Virus record (IMG/VR): IMGVR_UViG_3300047300_000894
Coordinates: 1 to 61,976 of that record
Reading direction: 5' to 3' (one strand)
DNA length: 61,976 bases
Source: a virus
Taxonomy: Duplodnaviria > Caudoviricetes
The notes under the pieces were generated by a model. It saw only the letters and a program-made list of their open reading frames with translations, did not search any database and had not been told where the DNA came from. Position 1 is the stretch's first letter. Each line of letters begins with the position of its first letter. Position numbers and translations under genes: made by a program. Shown in pieces: positions 56,037-61,976 of this stretch.

Positions 56037-56750
56037 TTAAAAAGGAAGGTCAGATACATCTTCTTTAGACATAGCATCATCAAACTTCGGAGCAACTAAA
56101 GGCTCTGCTTCTTGTTCTGCGTGTATTAACTCCTCATTAGAACTAACTTCTTTACGAGAGGCAAAATAAGCTGTAAGCTCATCGTATATTACATCTGCCT
56201 TCTTGGAGACATCTGCTGGAATTTCTTTGCCCAAAACGAATGTAGGTACAGAATATTTAACAGAACCCTTCTTCTCATCAGAGGCTCCTGAAATACCAAC
56301 GTAGTTAGTTAAAAACTTCTTACGATTCTCTGTAGCAAAGTTTGACCAAGCTTGTAAAACTGCTCCTTTGAAAGATAAGTTAAGCAACTTACCATCAATG
56401 ATAACATACATAGATAGGTTGTAGTGACCACCAATAGATAAAATATCAGCCTTGATGTTCTGATAGATACCGCTAACTAAATCTCCTTTTGATTTGAATG
56501 AGCGTACAAAGAATTCCTCCTTGCGAGTATCTTTGATTTCGTTCGACCAAATCGAAGATTGTGTTTTGTCGTGATAACCACGAATACTTGCAAACTCTTC
56601 ACAATGAATAAACTGAAGAGGGACATTAACTTTTTTGTTAGTTTGACTTTCCTTGTCATAGTAAGTGAAACATTTGTCGTTAGAAGACCACGATAAGTAG
56701 GCTTTAACTGGACTTGGGATGGACTGCTTGTAAGCATCTGATCTTGCCAT
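56037..56750 (-). CDS. SSB/recombination-associated protein
   Basis: Acidic C-terminal tail ending SDLPF; replication-module context. Confidence 0.55.
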   Translation of the reverse strand: MARSDAYKQSIPSPVKAYLSWSSNDKCFTYYDKESQTNKKVNVPLQFIHCEEFASIRGYHDKTQSSIWSNEIKDTRKEEFFVRSFKSKGDLVSGIYQNIKADILSIGGHYNLSMYVIIDGKLLNLSFKGAVLQAWSNFATENRKKFLTNYVGISGASDEKKGSVKYSVPTFVLGKEIPADVSKKADVIYDELTAYFASRKEVSSNEELIHAEQEAEPLVAPKFDDAMSKEDVSDLPF

Positions 56751-56775
56751 TGTATTGTTTGGTTTGGTTTAAAAA

Positions 56776-56955
56776 TTAATAAATAAATTCTTCTACTGGT
56801 TTCTCAAATTGAGTTAAGAATGCTATTTTACGAGTCATTCTATCTAATTTTTTCTGTGCTGACGACCTTAATCTACCACGAATAGTTCGGTTTTTAGGGT
56901 CGCTTGCGATAGCCTCCGCCTTGCAGAGCACATCGCTGTATCGTGTTTTTCTCAT
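56776..56955 (-). CDS. Small basic hypothetical protein
   Basis: Likely start MRKTRYSD just after a promoter. Confidence 0.55.
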   Translation of the reverse strand: MRKTRYSDVLCKAEAIASDPKNRTIRGRLRSSAQKKLDRMTRKIAFLTQFEKPVEEFIY

Positions 56956-56973
56956 TTTGTTATTAATCTTTAG

Positions 56974-57004
56974 CAAATGTAACACAAAGGATTTATAATA
57001 CAAA
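56974..57004 (-). promoter_or_regulatory. Promoter TTTG-N19-TACATTTG
   Basis: Full Bacteroidota consensus. Confidence 0.7.
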
Positions 57005-57103
57005 ATATTTAATGAAATATTATTCAAAAAAAAATACCCCACATTGTAGAGTATTTTTATTGTAATAAACCATAAACAAATTAAGTAATAGACAATCAAA
57101 ATC

Positions 57104-57532
57104 TTACCGATGGAAACCGTATCGTTTACGGATAATTGGCTCCTCATCGGTGTAAGTATCGTTTGGTTTCGATATGCCTTTGTATACAATTCCCGTGCCA
57201 TTTCTTGTTCCTGTCAAGGTTAAGTCTTCCTTTTTAGGGCTCCAAGTTAGCGTATATCTTGATTTCATATCTGACATCCTATTAGCCTCTTCCCTGTGGA
57301 CTTTAATTTCCTCCTCTAAAGAAATTATATCCTTCTTTAGTCGGGTAAGGTAAACCAATCCATCCATTAATTCCTCTCGCAAATGCTGGCACCAATCAGC
57401 AACAGATAAGTCTGTTCTATCCATATCAGTTCCATATTTATCGTAACCTTTTTTAGCCCGCTCGCCGAACTCTTTGATGATATCAAATACGATACTATCA
57501 GTAAATGTTGTTGTTTCTCTATTCGACTCCAT
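57104..57532 (-). CDS. All-alpha NTP-pyrophosphatase-like (MazG-like) protein
   Basis: R...G.DKYGT.MDR.DLS..DW..H..EELMD...Y; likely start MESNRE. Confidence 0.55.
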   Translation of the reverse strand: MESNRETTTFTDSIVFDIIKEFGERAKKGYDKYGTDMDRTDLSVADWCQHLREELMDGLVYLTRLKKDIISLEEEIKVHREEANRMSDMKSRYTLTWSPKKEDLTLTGTRNGTGIVYKGISKPNDTYTDEEPIIRKRYGFHR

Positions 57533-57872
57533 AAGACTTAAATATATCAGATACTTTTGTTGCACATTCAATTTTAGTGTCGTTATCTAAACTCTCAAGC
57601 TTTAACGCTATGTCAAATAAATGGTCAGCTTGAATCGATGCATTAACGAATTGGTCAAGAACAAGACCTTTGCTATCTCCACCTTCTGCCTTCATAATAA
57701 CATCAACTTGCTTCTCAAGTTCAATTATTAACAAGCTTGTTAGCTGTTTAATTTTTTGGAAATGAAAGTTCTTTGCTACAACTTTCTCATCAATAAAATC
57801 TCGTAGTGATTGACACTTTGCGTAATAACAAATCATATCACGCATCTCTTTGTCTGTGAGTAATCTTTTCAT
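57519..57872 (-). CDS. Hypothetical protein
   Basis: Likely start MKRLLTD after a tandem AACCAAAC leader. Confidence 0.65.
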   Translation of the reverse strand: MKRLLTDKEMRDMICYYAKCQSLRDFIDEKVVAKNFHFQKIKQLTSLLIIELEKQVDVIMKAEGGDSKGLVLDQFVNASIQADHLFDIALKLESLDNDTKIECATKVSDIFKSYGVE

Positions 57873-57891
57873 TTTGTTTGGTTTGGTTTTC

Positions 57892-57920
57892 AAAAAAAGC
57901 TTGTCTTTCCAAGCTGTCAG
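57892..57920 (-). other. Structured element CTGAC-AGCTTG-GAAAGA-CAAGCT followed by a T run
   Basis: Hairpin plus T tract in a non-coding gap of about 225 bp. Confidence 0.5.
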
Positions 57921-58098
57921 CCCAGTACATCTCTATGGATTTCGGGGGACTTTTACTCTAAAAAAGCGTGTATGGACACTCCATTTCTCCACTCTAACCC
58001 TTACAAAAAAGTGGCGTTTTAATATAAACTAACACGCAAACTCTTTAACACTTAATTCGATGTAAAACTAACTCAAAGTATTTAATAAAGCAAATAAG

Positions 58099-58332
58099 TT
58101 ACTTATTCTTTTCAATAAATATTTTAAATTCACGAAGCCTTCTGTATGCCGCTTGTTTTTCTCTGCCAAAATTATGCTTGAGCCTCTCTATGCAAACGGA
58201 TACAAACTTTCTATCATCGCCCATAACCTCTCCTTTTTTATAAGAGTAAGACTTTGATTCAAGATTGTCTTCGAGGTACTTCTCGCCCCAAGCAATTGCT
58301 ATGGCATAGTAATCTACTTTTTCTTCTGCCAT
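58099..58332 (-). CDS. Hypothetical protein
   Basis: ORF in the operon. Confidence 0.6.
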   Translation of the reverse strand: MAEEKVDYYAIAIAWGEKYLEDNLESKSYSYKKGEVMGDDRKFVSVCIERLKHNFGREKQAAYRRLREFKIFIEKNK

Positions 58333-58677
58333 TACTTATTGCATTTGAATTTATTTATCATCTTTAAAATGTTATTCTTAGCGAGAAAATAATCCACGAG
58401 AATGTTATTGATGTGGGCAATTTAGAGAATCCTGATCGTATTCTAATGCTTGGTAATACTTCGATTAGCCTTTGTGTGGCTGTAAATTTTGCTTTCATAT
58501 TTATTGTTGTTTATTTCCCGTTGTATTTAAGATTTGGTAAATATTGTGGATTGAAAACGCCAGCGTGTGGCTGATGATTAATTGAGTAAGACTTTGTTAA
58601 CTTCTCAACACTTATTGGTTTTGGTATCTCCGTTGCCTCGCAAGAAGATAGTACCATTAAAATTATTATGTATCTCA

Positions 58678-58938
58678 TTATTGTCCGTTTAAATATCTTT
58701 CTACTGCACCAACTACTTGTTTATAATCAATTCCATAAGCTACCTTGATGTCAAAGTAATTACGATCATCAAACCATTTGTCTGGCATATCGTAAAACTG
58801 AATCAGCAGATAATGGTGACTGCCAACTGATTTCATTAGCAGTATATTCTCCGTGTCTTTTATCTTTATGAACGGGAGATTTGACTTTTTCATGAAAGTC
58901 TTAACCCTTGCGATTAAACTACTCTTCTTCGTATCCAT
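58678..58938 (-). CDS. Hypothetical protein
   Basis: ORF in the operon. Confidence 0.6.
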   Translation of the reverse strand: MDTKKSSLIARVKTFMKKSNLPFIKIKDTENILLMKSVGSHHYLLIQFYDMPDKWFDDRNYFDIKVAYGIDYKQVVGAVERYLNGQ

Positions 58939-59185
58939 ATCTTAAAAGGAAAAGTTTTGTGATTTCATTTATGTTAAGCAATTTGCCTTCAATCTCGTAG
59001 TACCGAATCCCATCCAAGTTTTTGTACATCTTGAATCCAACAAGGTACTCTTCAAAGTCTGAAAGTATTCTTCGTGTTTGAGGAATTTTGTCAATAGAAC
59101 TTTTCGCATTCTCGACTCCTCTTCGGTAGGCATCTCTTATCGTAATTTCTGCCTCGCCAACTAAATCTTCTACAGGGTCTGTCAT
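58919..59185 (-). CDS. Hypothetical protein
   Basis: Coupled ORF. Confidence 0.6.
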   Translation of the reverse strand: MTDPVEDLVGEAEITIRDAYRRGVENAKSSIDKIPQTRRILSDFEEYLVGFKMYKNLDGIRYYEIEGKLLNINEITKLFLLRYGYEEE

Positions 59186-59994
59186 TATTTTCTTGGTTTA
59201 AAAAGTAAACTAATTACATCTTGGTACTCCTTACATTCAATAACTTGGTACGATGGATTCTCCTCGTGCAACCAAACAAGATAGCACTTGCCAATCTTTA
59301 GGTTTGTGTTCTTTTGAATGATGTACTTGTACAAGTTTAACTGCAAGGAATAAGTCTCGTACTCACATTCCTCAATAAAGGCAATTGGAGGATTGAAACG
59401 CTTACGATATTCTGAACTCATACGAATCTTTCCGTTAGTCTTGTAATCCCATATTTGAAGCTCATTTTGTTTATCGTTCCAAAATAAACCATCAACCATA
59501 CCCGCAATTCCCGAAGAAATAAGCTCCCCATCTTCATCGTAAACAGGTAAATTCTGGTCCCCAACAACTAACTCTGATGCTATCGGGATTAGACTTGATG
59601 ATGCATCTTTGTAGAAATCCTCAAACAAACGAATACACTCCTCGTACCTTTCCCTTAAATTCAATGCACCATCTTCTCCAAACCTTTGCTTCGGCAACTC
59701 CCAATCGTAAGGGAATATCTTGTTAGACCAAAAGTTTTCTGCATAGCTGTGAACAAATGTTCCTTTCATCGCAGAGAAATCTCTCTTGTAATCCCATTCC
59801 TCAAGGATATCTTCGACTGATCGCTTGGTTTTTTTAGCTGTACCTTTCGCCATCTTTTGAGCATCAAACTTCGGCTTAAGTTTTCCAAGAAACGATGTAC
59901 CACTTAACAACTCTTGCTCTCCGATGTAATACTTGTGCGGGGCATCAAAGTATTTAATATGCTTGAACTTATTCAGCTCTTTGTATATCTCCAT
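59185..59994 (-). CDS. PD-(D/E)XK exonuclease (RecB/Cas4-like fold)
   Basis: GTFVH..AE, SE..V, AGMVD, IWDYKT and QLNLY motifs. Confidence 0.85.
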   Translation of the reverse strand: MEIYKELNKFKHIKYFDAPHKYYIGEQELLSGTSFLGKLKPKFDAQKMAKGTAKKTKRSVEDILEEWDYKRDFSAMKGTFVHSYAENFWSNKIFPYDWELPKQRFGEDGALNLRERYEECIRLFEDFYKDASSSLIPIASELVVGDQNLPVYDEDGELISSGIAGMVDGLFWNDKQNELQIWDYKTNGKIRMSSEYRKRFNPPIAFIEECEYETYSLQLNLYKYIIQKNTNLKIGKCYLVWLHEENPSYQVIECKEYQDVISLLFKPRK

Positions 59995-60165
59995 TACCGA
60001 ATAAATTTATAAGGTTTGTAATTATAGGTTCTTTTTAATTTCTTTATCAACTTAATCCTTGACTTTGGCAACCTCTTGTTGTCTCTGCAATAATCTAATC
60101 GATGCGAGCAAGACTGCAATATCATCGATATCAACAGAATGTAAATTAGGTTTCTCATCATAGCC

Positions 60166-60531
60166 TTACTTGTCTAAAAAAATCATTAAACCATTCTTTG
60201 CATTTGTGATAGCATCAGCTCGCTCCTCCATAGATTTGATTTGCATAGCGATTTCATCCCTATCATAAGAAAGATAATACCCTCTTGATGTAGCAATAAT
60301 AGGCAATATAGATTCGCTTCGGATAAAGTTTACCAACTTACGCAACTTCACTTGATTAAAGTAAACTGGTTTACCATCCTTGTCACGATGACCACTCACC
60401 CTACGGACAATTTCATCTGCCTTAATCGGATTAGAATAAGATGCAGAACTTAAAACTCGTGTCAGAGATAGGATTACTCCAACTTCTTCGGGACTCAATA
60501 CCCTTGTGATTGACTCAAAATTAGTTATCAT
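60166..60531 (-). CDS. Winged-HTH-like hypothetical protein
   Basis: LRKLVN.IR....PIIA.SRGYY. Confidence 0.6.
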   Translation of the reverse strand: MITNFESITRVLSPEEVGVILSLTRVLSSASYSNPIKADEIVRRVSGHRDKDGKPVYFNQVKLRKLVNFIRSESILPIIATSRGYYLSYDRDEIAMQIKSMEERADAITNAKNGLMIFLDK

Positions 60532-60552
60532 ATTTTTTTTGTTTGGTTTCGA

Positions 60553-61962
60553 TTAAAAAGGTGACTCTTGAACATTATCAAATACATTCTTCATTGTATT
60601 CAACACAGAATCTTTGTACAGCACTTCTGGTTTTGTGAATCTAAACAACTCTTCTTCAGTATCAGCAACTCTGTTTGTCTTCACATCAACAAATCTGTTT
60701 ACATCTCCAACTTCGCCATCCCGATTCTTAAGGATAACATACTTTAATGTATTGTCCATTGGAGCGACTGCTTGACCATTCGCCTTCGCATCAACATACT
60801 TGTAGTAATCATCACGATACAGCCCAATTACGACAATAGCATCTTGTTCGATGTTACCCGATGACCTTAAGTCAGCAAGCATAGGTGTCTTGTTAGGTCG
60901 CGACTCTACATTTCTTGACAACTGCGATAGGCAGATAATAGGTATTCTCAACTTCCTCGACAACTTCTGTATCTTGTTACTAACCGATGAAACTTGAGAG
61001 AAATCATCTTGCCCCTTGATTTGATTGTCACGAATCAACTGAAGATAGTCAATGACTACCATATCAATCTTGTTCTTGCGAACTTCGGCAGTCATCATCA
61101 TCGATAAGTAGTTAATATCTCTGTTGTCGGAATCGTAGAAATAGATAGGCAAACTTCTTAACTCTTTCGCTTGCGACTGCTTAATTTTCTTGACATCTTC
61201 GGGAGAAATTCTATTTGCTTTGAGATCAGAATAATTGTATTCGGTAATTTCGGAAGAAATATACCTGTACAACAAGGAATTTTTAGGCATCTCTAAACTT
61301 AAAAATAAAACCTTTTTCCCTGACTTTGCACACGCTTTTGTATGCTCCAATCCAACGATTGTTTTTCCCATAGATGGTCGAGCGGCTATAATAGTCATCC
61401 CCTCTTGCCAACCACCCAATGTGTAGTTAAGTTTGCGACTACCCGTATCAATTCCACTAAAAGACTTCTGTGTCCCCGCAGACTCCTCCATCTTATTTAT
61501 TACTTCATCGTATACATTCTCAATAGAGTAAACCTCTTGAGAGGATGTAGAGTCTTGCAACATCATCAAGCCTTGTTCAACTATAGATGTTAGCGTAGAC
61601 AAGTCATCTTCATTGTCCAAGCCCAACTGAATCTTGTTAGCCATATTGGACATATGTCGCTTGTTCTCCAACTCCTTTAGTTCAAATGCAACTTGCATAT
61701 GGTCAATTGCTCTCGTAGGTAACAACGACAACACAGGCGAAGCATTAATTCCTAAATCGGATTCCTTTGATTTAAGGCTACGAAATACATCGTAACGATT
61801 AAAGACACCATTAGTAGATGAAAGCTCGTTCATCGCCAAGAATGATGCCTTGTGTAAGTCATCTACGAACGACTCTTGGCTAACAACCTTGCTAACTTCT
61901 TTAAATGTGTGAGAATTTTCAAGAAGATATGCTATGATATCCTTCTCTAATAATGTGTCCAC
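60553..61962 (-). CDS. dnaB: Replicative DNA helicase
   Basis: AARPSMGKT, SLEM, IDYLQL, LSQLSR, DLRSSGNIEQDA and KNRDG motifs. Confidence 0.95.
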   Translation of the reverse strand: MDTLLEKDIIAYLLENSHTFKEVSKVVSQESFVDDLHKASFLAMNELSSTNGVFNRYDVFRSLKSKESDLGINASPVLSLLPTRAIDHMQVAFELKELENKRHMSNMANKIQLGLDNEDDLSTLTSIVEQGLMMLQDSTSSQEVYSIENVYDEVINKMEESAGTQKSFSGIDTGSRKLNYTLGGWQEGMTIIAARPSMGKTIVGLEHTKACAKSGKKVLFLSLEMPKNSLLYRYISSEITEYNYSDLKANRISPEDVKKIKQSQAKELRSLPIYFYDSDNRDINYLSMMMTAEVRKNKIDMVVIDYLQLIRDNQIKGQDDFSQVSSVSNKIQKLSRKLRIPIICLSQLSRNVESRPNKTPMLADLRSSGNIEQDAIVVIGLYRDDYYKYVDAKANGQAVAPMDNTLKYVILKNRDGEVGDVNRFVDVKTNRVADTEEELFRFTKPEVLYKDSVLNTMKNVFDNVQESPF

Positions 61963-61976
61963 TAATGTGGGAAATT
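61850..61976. repeat. Terminal direct repeat, copy 2 (circular assembly overlap)
   Basis: Identical to 1-127. Confidence 0.95.

Noticed and set aside
57960-58005. tRNA-like segment on the minus strand (AGTGGAGAAATGG...ACACGC)
   Set aside because: It resembles a D-arm only; I found no T-arm (GTTCRA) or acceptor stem.
59185-59994. Cas4 of a CRISPR system
   Set aside because: It is a stand-alone PD-(D/E)XK nuclease in the replication module, without an evident four-Cys Fe-S pattern or cas neighbours.

Overview
This window is an apparently complete, circularly permuted dsDNA tailed-phage genome of about 61,849 bp; bases 1-127 repeat at 61850-61976, a typical assembly overlap. The host is probably Bacteroidota, inferred from many TTG-N19/21-TAnnTTTG promoters. 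The plus-strand late block (10.5-53.3 kb) holds a tandem GroES-like protein, terminase, a crAss-type-looking portal, scaffold and capsid, two S74-chaperoned fibres, Gly-rich and Cys-rich adhesins, a lysis cassette, podovirus-like ring and nozzle proteins, ejection proteins including a 3011-aa polyvalent protein, and a ferritin-like gene among small basic proteins. The minus-strand block (53.3 kb across the junction to 10 kb) holds two C5-MTase-like genes, nucleases, an SSB-like protein, DnaB, an HTH initiator with internal iterons, small early genes, and an amidoligase plus class II glutamine amidotransferase pair. I recognised no integrase, DNA or RNA polymerase, tRNA or CRISPR array. The top observations are: (1) a 3.2-kb early operon free of CCWG, CWGG and GATC, next to a 640-bp non-coding, strand-polarised array packed with those same words; (2) a second, mirror-arranged copy of the initiator iterons upstream of the terminase genes; (3) a giant virion protein whose metallopeptidase and ART-like modules are separated by a repeated IKxQ(K/R) linker. 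All counts are by eye and all protein calls rest on motif recognition, not database searches.
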